A stretch of DNA of 64,000 nt from Bdellovibrionales bacterium (lineage in GTDB: Bacteria; Bdellovibrionota; Bdellovibrionia; Bdellovibrionales; UBA1609), in the NCBI GenBank assembly GCA_965203095.1, contig OZ241877.1:448001-512000 (forward strand), written 5' to 3'. Below, piece by piece: positions 29,847 to 39,055 of this stretch. The translations under genes were made by a program, and so were the position numbers. Positions within the stretch are counted from its first letter, which is position 1. Every line of letters begins with the position of its first letter. The notes beneath the pieces are model-generated. The model saw nothing but the letters and a program-made list of their open reading frames with translations, was not told where the DNA came from and searched no databases.

Positions 29847-30305
29847 ATGAAAATACTATTAAGCATTATCCTTTTAATGAGCTTGCCGGCTTTTTCTGAA
29901 AACACGGAGCCAGTTGATCACACAAAACAAGCAGAATTGATTAACCAAATCAGACAAGGGGAAAAAGACTTGAGATGGGCAGACTTGAGAGGGGCGAACT
30001 TGAAAGGGGCGGACTTATCAAAGACAGACTTGAGATGGGCAGACTTGAGAGGGGCGAACTTGAAAGGGGCGGACTTATCAAAGACAGACTTGAGATGGGC
30101 AGACTTAAGAAAGGCAGAACTGGAGGGAGCAAGCTTGTCTAGGGCAGACTTACAAACGGCGGACTTGAGATGGGCAGGCTTGGAGGGGGCAACCCTGTAT
30201 AGGGCAGATTTGACAGAGGCTTTTATGAGCTTAACCTATAAATATCGTGACATGATTATGCACAGCGGAGCATTGAACACAGACAAGATTAACTGGAGGG
30301 ATTAA
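29847..30305 (+). CDS. Secreted pentapeptide-repeat protein, unit 5
   Basis: Unit-3-like body with a unit-4-type 5' end. Confidence 0.92.
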   Translation: MKILLSIILLMSLPAFSENTEPVDHTKQAELINQIRQGEKDLRWADLRGANLKGADLSKTDLRWADLRGANLKGADLSKTDLRWADLRKAELEGASLSRADLQTADLRWAGLEGATLYRADLTEAFMSLTYKYRDMIMHSGALNTDKINWRD

Positions 30306-30441
30306 GCCTCTAAACCCTCTATTTTTCTCTCTAATCTTTATCTATATCAAAAGCCTCAGCTATAAAACAAGCTCTGCCCTTTGTGTGAAAAATTTACAAT
30401 AGACTTTACTTTCCCGGACAATTCTGCTATACCCCTACACA

Positions 30442-31215
30442 ATGAACCTACTATTAAGCCTTATTCTTTTAATGAGCTTGCCGGCTTTTGCTAACTGCCG
30501 GAATGTTTTTGAGCCTGATTTAGAACCCGATAAAAAACAGGTAGAGCTGATTAAAAAAATCAGACAAGGGAAAAAAAACTTGGCAAGGGCGAACTTGAGA
30601 GAGGCGAAATTGGCGGGAGCGGACTTGATATTGGCAAAATTGACAGGGGCAGACTTGAGAAAGGCAGACTTGTCAGAGGCGAAATTGTCAGGGGCGAAAT
30701 TGGAGAGGGCGATCTTGCAAGGGGCGAACTTAGAAAGGGCGAACTTGACAAGGGCAGACTTGGGAAGGGCAGACTTGTATAGGGCAGACTTGTATAGGGC
30801 AGACTTGAGAGGGGCATTCTTGATAGGGGCAGACTTGAGAAGAGCAATCCTGACAGAGGCAAACTTGAGAGGAGCAGACTTGAGAAGAGCAATCCTGACA
30901 GAGGCAAACTTGAGAGGAGCAGACTTGATAGGGGCAGACTTGAGAAGAGCAATCCTGACAGAGGCAAACTTGATAGGAGCAGACTTGAGAAGAGCAATCC
31001 TGACAGAGGCAAACTTGATAGGAGCAGACTTGAGAAGAGCAATCCTGACAGAGGCAAACTTGAGAGGAGCAGACTTGAGAGGAGCTATCATAGACGAACA
31101 TTATCGTGACATGATTATGAACAGCGGAGCATTGAACATAGGCTTGATTAACTGGGTGGATAAGAAAAAGAAAGACTTGGAAGGGGCAGACATGAGAATA
31201 CCAATTAGGCCCTAA
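30442..31215 (+). CDS. Secreted pentapeptide-repeat protein, unit 6
   Basis: Signal peptide, expanded GADLR-RAILT-EANL repeats, YRDMIMNSGALN tail. Confidence 0.92.
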   Translation: MNLLLSLILLMSLPAFANCRNVFEPDLEPDKKQVELIKKIRQGKKNLARANLREAKLAGADLILAKLTGADLRKADLSEAKLSGAKLERAILQGANLERANLTRADLGRADLYRADLYRADLRGAFLIGADLRRAILTEANLRGADLRRAILTEANLRGADLIGADLRRAILTEANLIGADLRRAILTEANLIGADLRRAILTEANLRGADLRGAIIDEHYRDMIMNSGALNIGLINWVDKKKKDLEGADMRIPIRP

Positions 31216-31277
31216 ACCCCTCTATATTTTCTCTCTAATCTCTATCAATATCCAAAGCCCTCAGCTATCAAATAACC

Positions 31278-31376
31278 CTCTATTCTGGCTGATATTGAGC
31301 AGTTTCAAAAAAAACTTATGAAAATCTAAAGCTTGCATCACTCTATTCTGGCTGATATTGAGCAGTTTCAAAAAAA
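31278..31376. repeat. Two exact 36-bp direct repeats separated by 27 bp
   Basis: CTCTATTCTGGCTGATATTGAGCAGTTTCAAAAAAA at 31278 and 31341. Confidence 0.85.
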
Positions 31377-31378
31377 GC

Positions 31379-31407
31379 TTGACTTTCCCTGTTAATGTCC
31401 ATATAGT
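31379..31407 (+). promoter_or_regulatory. sigma70-type promoter upstream of thyA
   Basis: TTGACT-17-TATAGT. Confidence 0.6.
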
Positions 31408-31553
31408 GGATGAGGGTATAAACTAAACCTTAAGGATTATAAATATGTCTGAAACATTGAACCCGGCCACACCGGCACAAATAGAAAGGGATGATAGTAA
31501 GGCTAAAGGGATAAGTAAGGGATTGAGGCTTAAAATTATGATTGGGGCTTGTC

Positions 31554-32345
31554 ATGCGTTGTTATCTTTCCCTGTTGGAATCTATTTTAAAAGAAGGGGC
31601 TGATCGCCCGGACCGCACAGGCACTGGCACACGAAGCCTCTTTGGCCAGCAGATGAAGTTTGATTTGAGTAAAGGCTTCCCCTTAGTGACAACCAAAAAA
31701 GTTCATTTAAAATCGGTAATTTATGAGCTTTTGTGGTTTTTAAAAGGGGATACCAATGTCAAATACCTACAAAAAAATAAAGTGAGAATTTGGAATGAGT
31801 GGGCCGACAAAAACGGCAGTTTAGGCCGAATTTACGGGGCACAATGGAGGAGCTGGAAGTCTCATAGCGGGAAAACTGTAGATCAAATATCCCAACTGGT
31901 GAAAAATATCAAATCAGATCCCTTTTCCCGAAGGCATTTGGTGGTGGCTTACAACCCCGGTGAACTGGAGGAGATGGCCCTTCCCCCCTGCCATGCTTTC
32001 TTTCAATTTTATGTGGCGGAAGGCCGTTTGAGTTGCCATTTATATCAGAGAAGTGCTGACGCTTTTTTAGGAGTTCCCTTCAACATTGCCAGCTACTCTT
32101 TATTGACTTTAATGTTGGCTCAAGTCTCTCAACTTCAACCGGGTTTTTTTATTTTGAGTTTTGGCGATGTTCATATCTATCACAATCATTTTGAGCCGGT
32201 AAAAACCCAGCTTTTGAGAAAGCCTTACCCCTTACCAGTGATGAAAATCCGTCCAGAGGAGAACCTCTTTAATTACAAATATGATAATTTTGAATTGAGC
32301 AACTATCAACATCACCCGGCCATTAAAGCCACTGTCGCTGTTTGA
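31554..32345 (+). CDS. thyA: Thymidylate synthase
   Basis: [43 protein letters not shown]. Confidence 0.98.
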   Translation: MRCYLSLLESILKEGADRPDRTGTGTRSLFGQQMKFDLSKGFPLVTTKKVHLKSVIYELLWFLKGDTNVKYLQKNKVRIWNEWADKNGSLGRIYGAQWRSWKSHSGKTVDQISQLVKNIKSDPFSRRHLVVAYNPGELEEMALPPCHAFFQFYVAEGRLSCHLYQRSADAFLGVPFNIASYSLLTLMLAQVSQLQPGFFILSFGDVHIYHNHFEPVKTQLLRKPYPLPVMKIRPEENLFNYKYDNFELSNYQHHPAIKATVAV

Positions 32346-32372
32346 GTTTTTCATAGATCTGGGGGAGTAAAA

Positions 32373-33827
32373 ATGTCTGCTATAGAGTTTGAAAAAGAAA
32401 GCCTGTTAAAAATTAAAAATCGTTTGGACTCTATCAGCCCTTCCTTTTGTTTGGCTAAGTGGCTGTTTTTAAAAATCCATCTGATGACGGGGAAAACTCA
32501 AAGTTGTTATCATGTCCCTGAGCATTTTGCTGATAAAAACGAAATCCAAAAAAATCCCTCGGCCCTGCACAACACCACTCAAAAAAAGTGGGAGAGAAGG
32601 CAGATGATGGCGGGTAAAAAACCCCCTGGCTGTTCCTACTGCTGGCGGATTGAGGAATCCCACCGGAGCTATAGCGACCGGCATTATCAATCCCTTAACC
32701 CATGGGCACTCCCTCGTTTTGATGAGATAGTGAAAAAGGGCAGTGAATATGATGTGATCCCCTCTTATGTAGAACTTAATTTGAGCAATGCTTGCAACTT
32801 CAAATGCAGTTATTGCTATCCAGAATATTCTTCTTCCATTCACAAGGAATTAAAAAAACATGGCCCTTTTCCCACAAGCCCTCCCCATAATGACCTCATA
32901 CATTTAAAACAGATGGGATCCCTACCCCCTTCCTTTTCTGACAAAAAAGAAAGCCCTTATGCCAAAGCTTTTTGGAAATGGTGGCCAGAGCTTTACCCTC
33001 AACTCAAAGTCCTCCGTTTGACGGGTGGAGAGCCATTGATAGATCAAAACAGCTTTAAAATCATGGATTACATTATGGAACAAGCCAATAAAAAGATGGA
33101 GCTGGCTTTTACTACTAATTTATGCCCTCCGGTAAAATTAAGAAATCGATTTAAAACCAGTATGGAAAAAATCATTAAAGAAGAAAAAACAGCCTCAGTG
33201 CGATTGCACATTTCCATAGACAGCTGGGGCCCTCAGGCGGAGTATATTCGTTTTGGATTAAATATTCGTCAATTTGAGGACAATGTGATCTTTTTTTGCA
33301 AAGATTTGAATCTACACATCAGCTTTATTATAACAGTTAACGCTCTATCTATTTTTCATCTTAAAAGTCTTTTTAGGAAAATTTTAGAGTGGCGTCAAAA
33401 ACTTTATCGCCCCTCCGATGATTTAAAGTTGTATGATTGGATGGGTTTGGATTTGCCTTATTTAAGGCATCCTGAATGGATGACTCTATCTGTTTTGCCT
33501 CAGGAGTTGGCCCATCGCCATCTCAAAGCGACTTTTTTATTTATGAAAGACAATCTCTTTGATCCGGTCAAAAAGCCTTATGGTTTTTCTTATTTTCAGC
33601 TCAATAAGATGAGCCGGCTGTTGGATCTGATCCGGAAGTCAGCCTTTACTGGCTTCAAGTTAAAACAGAATCGAATCAATTTTTATAAATTTTTTAACGA
33701 ATATGACGCCCGACGAGGAACTCATTTTTTAAAAACCTTTCCAGAATTAGAGAAGTTTTGGAGGCAGTGTCAAAAACTGGCTGAAGAAAAGCAAAAAGCG
33801 ACTATTTATCCGGTTTGTCCAAATTGA
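32373..33827 (+). CDS. Radical SAM protein with an N-terminal twitch-like Cys cluster
   Basis: CNFKCSYC and LTGGEPL; N-terminal FCLAKW..SCYH..CSYCW. Confidence 0.88.
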   Translation: MSAIEFEKESLLKIKNRLDSISPSFCLAKWLFLKIHLMTGKTQSCYHVPEHFADKNEIQKNPSALHNTTQKKWERRQMMAGKKPPGCSYCWRIEESHRSYSDRHYQSLNPWALPRFDEIVKKGSEYDVIPSYVELNLSNACNFKCSYCYPEYSSSIHKELKKHGPFPTSPPHNDLIHLKQMGSLPPSFSDKKESPYAKAFWKWWPELYPQLKVLRLTGGEPLIDQNSFKIMDYIMEQANKKMELAFTTNLCPPVKLRNRFKTSMEKIIKEEKTASVRLHISIDSWGPQAEYIRFGLNIRQFEDNVIFFCKDLNLHISFIITVNALSIFHLKSLFRKILEWRQKLYRPSDDLKLYDWMGLDLPYLRHPEWMTLSVLPQELAHRHLKATFLFMKDNLFDPVKKPYGFSYFQLNKMSRLLDLIRKSAFTGFKLKQNRINFYKFFNEYDARRGTHFLKTFPELEKFWRQCQKLAEEKQKATIYPVCPN

Positions 33828-34485
33828 TATCTACAGAACTTTTGCTTTTTTCCTTAGAAGAGGGTTGCCTTTGTCTTCTTTTAAGGGCTTGTTCCTCCTG
33901 CAAGGCTTTTTTATGGGCAATTAAAACCTGTCCGGCACTTGTTGATGGGGAAGAAGTCTTCCCCCTCCCCATATCTAAGAGGAGATAACTTTGTAATTCT
34001 CCAGAAATTTTTAATTTGGCCTGTTTAATATTTTCTAAAATGGCTCGGCTCTCCTGATTGTTTATGGATTTGAGATAAGATATGGCATTTTCCATAAGAT
34101 AAAGGAGGCTGGCCTGCTGAGCTATTGATTCTTTTTCGGATGGGAACTTAACTATGGCGGACTGGACCTCTTCTTGCAAAACGCTCATAAAAGATCTGTA
34201 TTTGACAATTTCATTTTGAAGAAGAGCCATTAGATTGGCTTGAACAGAATCCCTATTGGGTCGCATAAGCAAGACTCTCAACCCTTGCCTCAGCTCCAAA
34301 ACGGCTAAAGATTCCCCCATATCCTTATCTTCAGAAAGATGGTTTCGGGATTTCTCAATGAACTGTTTGAGGATGTCCCTCATATCTTCATAGTCTTTAG
34401 TTTTCAAGATTTTGGAATTATAGGGGTTGGTGGCCGTCGCCCACAGCGGGCATTGAAGGCAAAAAAACAGGAGGATCTTTAACAT
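33802..34485 (-). CDS. Hypothetical secreted protein
   Basis: 227-aa ORF with signal peptide. Confidence 0.7.
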   Translation of the reverse strand: MLKILLFFCLQCPLWATATNPYNSKILKTKDYEDMRDILKQFIEKSRNHLSEDKDMGESLAVLELRQGLRVLLMRPNRDSVQANLMALLQNEIVKYRSFMSVLQEEVQSAIVKFPSEKESIAQQASLLYLMENAISYLKSINNQESRAILENIKQAKLKISGELQSYLLLDMGRGKTSSPSTSAGQVLIAHKKALQEEQALKRRQRQPSSKEKSKSSVDINLDKPDK

Positions 34486-34594
34486 GGCTGAATTTTAAAC
34501 CCATCCCATTTAAAAATAAAGAAAAAAATTTGCCCTGCTTAAAAAATTGTTATATCCTGCTAAAGGTTTATTCAAAACACTATGGAGGTTAAGC

Positions 34595-35362
34595 ATGAAA
34601 AACATTCAAATTGTGGCTTTAGTCTTGGGGACGGGCCTTGTGACTTTTATCTTGTCGGTTGTTTTTTCAATAAATATGGTTTCCATCAGCCCGAAAAATT
34701 TAGCTAAAGTGATAAAAGAGGATCCAGAGACTTTTATTGAAGCCATTAAGTCCGCAGGGGAAGAGCACCGGAAACAATCTGAGGAAAAGGCTATGGAGGA
34801 TCAGTTTAAAAATCCCAAAGACATACCAACCAAAGGCCGGGTGGTTTTTGGAGATCCCTCTGCTGAAGTGACCATCGTGGAGTATTCTGATTTCCAATGC
34901 CCTTATTGCCAAAGGGCGGCCCACAGCATGAAGGCTCTGATAACAAAATATGAGGGAAAGGTGAAACTCGTTTATAAACACTTCCCCTTAAGTTTTCACC
35001 CTTTTGCTCAGCCCGCAGCGGAGTATTTTGAGGCCATAGCCCTTATCAGCCACGACAAAGCTCGCCAGTTTCACGACAGCATTTTTGAGGATTTCTCCGA
35101 TTATGCCAAACTGCAAGAGGAAAAAGAGATCAAAAAAAGCCTAAAGGAATTGGTGAAAAAAGTAGGTGCAGATATGAAAACAGTGCAAGACAATATGGAA
35201 AAAGCACAAAAGCTTGTTGCAGAGGATATGGAGGAAGCTAAGAAGTTTAATGTCCGAGGAACTCCCAGTTTTTTTGTTAATGGGGTGAATGCAAGGGGCC
35301 GTATAGAAATGGTGGTTGAAAAATTTTTAGAAAAAAACGGAAAAGATAAAGAAGAGGAATAA
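34595..35362 (+). CDS. DsbA-family thioredoxin-fold protein
   Basis: EYSDFQCPYC, YKHFPL, GTPSFFVNG; GGAGG RBS before ATG 34595. Confidence 0.93.
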   Translation: MKNIQIVALVLGTGLVTFILSVVFSINMVSISPKNLAKVIKEDPETFIEAIKSAGEEHRKQSEEKAMEDQFKNPKDIPTKGRVVFGDPSAEVTIVEYSDFQCPYCQRAAHSMKALITKYEGKVKLVYKHFPLSFHPFAQPAAEYFEAIALISHDKARQFHDSIFEDFSDYAKLQEEKEIKKSLKELVKKVGADMKTVQDNMEKAQKLVAEDMEEAKKFNVRGTPSFFVNGVNARGRIEMVVEKFLEKNGKDKEEE

Positions 35363-35370
35363 AAAAACCT

Positions 35371-35400
35371 AAGGGGCCGGTGGCTTTCCGGCCCTTTTTT
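35371..35400 (+). terminator. Intrinsic terminator
   Basis: GGGCCGG-TGGCTTT-CCGGCCC-TTTTTT. Confidence 0.8.
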
Positions 35401-35406
35401 GATCTT

Positions 35407-36387
35407 ATGATTTCTCTTGTCCCTAATGGCTGGCAGGCCGAACTTTTGCTTTGGTTTGAGAAAAACAAAAGAGATCTCCCCTGGAGGCAGGCAAAAGATC
35501 CCTACAAGATCTGGATCTCTGAAGTTTTACTCCAGCAGACCACATCTCAAGCTGTTATTCCTTATTATAGGGCTTTTTTAAAAAAATTCCCCAATATTTC
35601 GGCTTTGGCAAAGGCGAGCTGTGAAGAGGTTTTCTCCCTATGGGCAGGAATAGGTTATTACAAAAGGGCGGAAAACCTATTGCTTGCGGGAAAAAAGCTC
35701 AAAAAAAGGGGCCGGTTCCCCCGCAATCACAAAGAACTATTGAATTTGCCGGGCTTTGGGCCTTATATTTCTCGTGCGGTCAGCTCTTTGGCTTTTGGAG
35801 AACCAGTGGGGGTTTTAGATGGCAATGTGATTCGGTTTTTGTCCCGCTTTTACGCTCTACCCTTAAAATGGTGGAAGGCTGAGGACAGAGCTTTTTTGCA
35901 AAAACTCAGTGACAGTTGGGTCAAAAATCAAAAGGCGAGGGATATGAATCAAGCTCTTATGGAAATAGGTTCTCTTGTTTGCCGGAGCCGCCAACCCCTT
36001 TGCCTTTTGTGCCCATTGGCTAAAAATTGCCAAGCCCTTAAAAAAGGTTTGGTAACGGTGCTCCCTTTAAAAAAAGCCAAAAAGCCTGTTGAGTTTTGGC
36101 TTTGGCGACCGGAAAAAATCCGGCGGGGCCACCGGTGGGCATTTATCAAAAATAATCATCTGCCCTTTCTCAAAGGGAAATGGCTGTTTCCGGGATCTGC
36201 AAGACAGCTCTCTGGCAAAGCTAAAAATTGGAGTTTTAAACACAGCATCACACATCATCAGATCTTTGTGCGTCCCTCTTTAATGCCTTTCCAAAAGAGG
36301 GAGGCTAAGCAGTTCCACTGGCTCACAAGGGAGGAAGTGAATTATCTCAACCCCTCCTCTTTAATAAAAAAGGTTTTTGAAAAATGA
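35407..36387 (+). CDS. mutY: A/G-specific adenine glycosylase
   Basis: RDLPWR, WISEVLLQQT, LPGFGPY, DGNVIR, C-x6-C-x2-C-x5-C. Confidence 0.93.
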   Translation: MISLVPNGWQAELLLWFEKNKRDLPWRQAKDPYKIWISEVLLQQTTSQAVIPYYRAFLKKFPNISALAKASCEEVFSLWAGIGYYKRAENLLLAGKKLKKRGRFPRNHKELLNLPGFGPYISRAVSSLAFGEPVGVLDGNVIRFLSRFYALPLKWWKAEDRAFLQKLSDSWVKNQKARDMNQALMEIGSLVCRSRQPLCLLCPLAKNCQALKKGLVTVLPLKKAKKPVEFWLWRPEKIRRGHRWAFIKNNHLPFLKGKWLFPGSARQLSGKAKNWSFKHSITHHQIFVRPSLMPFQKREAKQFHWLTREEVNYLNPSSLIKKVFEK

Positions 36388-37535
36388 GCTTTGTTTTTAA
36401 AGCTGTGGGCCGGCCCGCAAATATCCCTTACAAGCAGTGGAATGACTGGAAATGGCAATTAAGGCATGTCAAAAAAGCCTTTACTCAATCTCAACTTTTC
36501 ATGGCGGGAGCCTCCCCTTATTATCTCCGGTTGATAGAGCAAAACCCTATTTTAAAACCTATTGTTCAGCCCACAAATAGGGAAAAGGCTCCGGCCCTTC
36601 AACAAATGGAAGATCCTTTAGGGGAGGAGAAGCATTCCCCCCTTCCCCGGTTGATTCACAGATACCCGGATCGGGTTTTGCTTCTCACAACTGATCAATG
36701 TGCAGTGTATTGCCGATATTGCACCCGCAAGCGGTTTACGGGAAAGCAGAAATCTTTTATTCCTCTGCAAGAGAGGGAAAAGGCCCTCTCTTATATTAAG
36801 AGGAACAAAGGCATACGGGAGGTGATTCTCTCTGGAGGCGATCCGCTCAGCCTTTCTGACAAGCTTTTGGACCAGCTTTTACAAAGTTTAAGGGCTATCC
36901 GGCATATTGAAATCCTCCGGATAGCCTCCCGGATGCCAGTGGCTTGCCCTATGAGGCTGACCAATTCCCTCATAAAAGTTTTAAAAAAATATCAGCCCGT
37001 TTTCCTGATGAGCCATTTCAATCACCCTTTAGAATTGAGTTTTGAGGCCAAAACAGCCCTTACTCGGATGGTGGATTCGGGCATATTGATATTCAATCAG
37101 ACTGTTTTGCTGAACAAAATCAACAATCACCCGGCCATTATTCAGGCCCTTATGCGGAGGCTGATTTATCTGAGAGTCAAACCTTATTATATGTTCCAGT
37201 GCGATCCCTCTGAGGGCAGTGATGGTTTTCGGACCAGCATTTCCAATTCTCTAAAAATCCAAAAAGAGCTTTGGGGAAGGTTTTCTGGCCTGGCTTTGCC
37301 CCCTCTGTCTGTGGACATTCCTGGAGGGGGCGGAAAGGTGGGTCTCACTCCTGACTTTATCAGCCAAAAAGGGGATAAGGAATGGCGATTTAAAGGTTGG
37401 GACGGTTTGGAATCGGCTTATATCAACCCCCCCATGGGGGATTTTGAAGATAATTTTAAACAGCCCGCTTTGAAAGCCTATAAAAAAGAATGGGAAATTA
37501 TAAAAAACCAAAGTTATGGGGCAAAAAAGCTCTGA
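36384..37535 (+). CDS. KamA-family radical SAM aminomutase
   Basis: DWKWQL, HRYPDRVL, CAVYCRYCTR, ILSGGDPL, PGGGGK. Confidence 0.92.
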   Translation: MSFVFKAVGRPANIPYKQWNDWKWQLRHVKKAFTQSQLFMAGASPYYLRLIEQNPILKPIVQPTNREKAPALQQMEDPLGEEKHSPLPRLIHRYPDRVLLLTTDQCAVYCRYCTRKRFTGKQKSFIPLQEREKALSYIKRNKGIREVILSGGDPLSLSDKLLDQLLQSLRAIRHIEILRIASRMPVACPMRLTNSLIKVLKKYQPVFLMSHFNHPLELSFEAKTALTRMVDSGILIFNQTVLLNKINNHPAIIQALMRRLIYLRVKPYYMFQCDPSEGSDGFRTSISNSLKIQKELWGRFSGLALPPLSVDIPGGGGKVGLTPDFISQKGDKEWRFKGWDGLESAYINPPMGDFEDNFKQPALKAYKKEWEIIKNQSYGAKKL

Positions 37536-37686
37536 AAGCTTAATTTTTAAGGCTTTTGGCCAAGGTCTGATTTTTTTGACATAAAATTTTTAAAAAAACT
37601 TGACCTTATTTTTGACTATGATTAGAAAAAAAGCATTAGTAGGCTCAAGTGGCCTGTTTTTTTAACCTATTTAATAAGGAGAAAAT

Positions 37687-38292
37687 ATGAAACAACTTTT
37701 ATTTTTTATAAGTGCTTTGGCCTTTATGGCTTGTAGCAGTTTTAAAGTGGCGAATCATTATGAGGAAAAAATAAAGGCCGGGGAAACTGTGATTGAGCCT
37801 AACGCTTGTGGGGTTTTTAGTAGTGGAATTTTTGGCGATTTTCCCTTAAAAATTACTAAAGAGGATGGTTCTGCCCTGTCCGACAGTGCTGAAGTGGATG
37901 AGGAATATTCAGCAACTCATTATATTGTGCAAGCGGATGGTTCTGTAAGTCAGGAAGAAGAAGAGCCTAAATGTTCAGCAGGAGAAGAGGATAGCGAGAA
38001 GGATGAAGGTAGTAAAAAAAATACTGAAACAACTAAAACGGAGGAAAAACCAAAAAAAGATCCTGCCACAGTTGCGGCTGAGGCAGTAATGGACAAATGT
38101 AAAAAAAGTGGTGGAACTCCTTTAACTTATTCTGTGGGTAGTGGTTATTATGGGTGTGAATGCCCTAAAGGCAAAACCAAATCTCCAACAGATATGGATA
38201 TGTGTGTTTTTCTCCCCGCCACCACAGCTAGAGGTTCAAGTTCTGGTGCACTGGATATGGGTGGTGGTGGAACAGCCCCTGCAACTCAGTGA
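37687..38292 (+). CDS. Lipoprotein with acidic linker and Cys-rich tail, paralog 1
   Basis: Lipobox-like FMAC, AGGAG RBS. Confidence 0.82.
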   Translation: MKQLLFFISALAFMACSSFKVANHYEEKIKAGETVIEPNACGVFSSGIFGDFPLKITKEDGSALSDSAEVDEEYSATHYIVQADGSVSQEEEEPKCSAGEEDSEKDEGSKKNTETTKTEEKPKKDPATVAAEAVMDKCKKSGGTPLTYSVGSGYYGCECPKGKTKSPTDMDMCVFLPATTARGSSSGALDMGGGGTAPATQ

Positions 38293-38436
38293 GAACTGGG
38301 CTTTGTTGGGTAGTCAAAGGGCTAATTTTTTCAGCTTTTTGATTTTTTTTGGCAAAAAGCTTGTTGACTTTTTTATAAGAGTCCGTTTAAACAAGGGAAA
38401 TAAGTTTAATATTTAACCTAAACCAAGGAGATGAAT

Positions 38437-38961
38437 ATGAAAAAGCTTTTATTTTTTATAAGTGCTTTGGCCTTTATGGGTTGTAGCACTTATACGGTAA
38501 AAACTGAAGTGCCTGCCAAAGTGGCTGGTGAGGAAATGCAAGCCGGTGAATGTAAAGAGTTTAGTGATGACCTGTTCGGGATTTTTGGTGATTTCCCCAT
38601 TACAATCACTGATTCAGATGGTGAAAAAATAGGCGATGAAGAATCCTATCCAGCCAATCACTACATTGTAAAAGCCGGTGCGGTGGAAACTTCAGATACA
38701 GCCTGTGTTCCTCAGGAGGATGATAGTCCTAAGGATGAAGATGGAGATGATGGAGTTGCAAAAACAGAAAAAGAAAAATCACCAGAAGCCAAGTGTAAGG
38801 ATACTGGTGGTGAATGGAAACAAGTAGCGGGCAATCCCCATCCTGTGTGTGTATGCCCTGCTGGCAAAAAGTTGGCAAATGAAGAGTGTGGGAATTTTGG
38901 TCGCTTTGCTCCAGCTCCTGCCACAACCACTCCAACTCCTGCTGGAGGTTCTGGAGGTTAG
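38437..38961 (+). CDS. Lipoprotein with acidic linker and Cys-rich tail, paralog 2
   Basis: Lipobox-like FMGC; shares signal peptide and GIFGDFP with paralog 1. Confidence 0.82.
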   Translation: MKKLLFFISALAFMGCSTYTVKTEVPAKVAGEEMQAGECKEFSDDLFGIFGDFPITITDSDGEKIGDEESYPANHYIVKAGAVETSDTACVPQEDDSPKDEDGDDGVAKTEKEKSPEAKCKDTGGEWKQVAGNPHPVCVCPAGKKLANEECGNFGRFAPAPATTTPTPAGGSGG

Positions 38962-38983
38962 GTAATTGTTTTGTTTTTTGGAC

Positions 38984-39016
38984 AAAAGGCTGTTTCTCAG
39001 AGGAACAGCCTTTTTT
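38984..39016. terminator. Bidirectional intrinsic terminator
   Basis: AAAAGGCTGTTTCTCAGAGGAACAGCCTTTTTT between convergent genes. Confidence 0.85.
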
Positions 39017-39055
39017 GTATGGATTCCTGCTTTTACAAGGTCAGGGACTTTTTAA

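Noticed and set aside
28118..31101. Antisense and alternate-frame ORFs over the pentapeptide genes (e.g. 30435-31091, 30560-31057, 30730-31101, 28143-28385)
   Set aside because: Shadows of the periodic repeat coding sequence
27314..31215. Diversity-generating retroelement behind the array variation
   Set aside because: No reverse transcriptase in the window, and differences are not adenine-specific
31278..31376. CRISPR array
   Set aside because: Only two repeats, no cas genes in the window and no recognisable CRISPR repeat terminus; kept as a plain direct repeat
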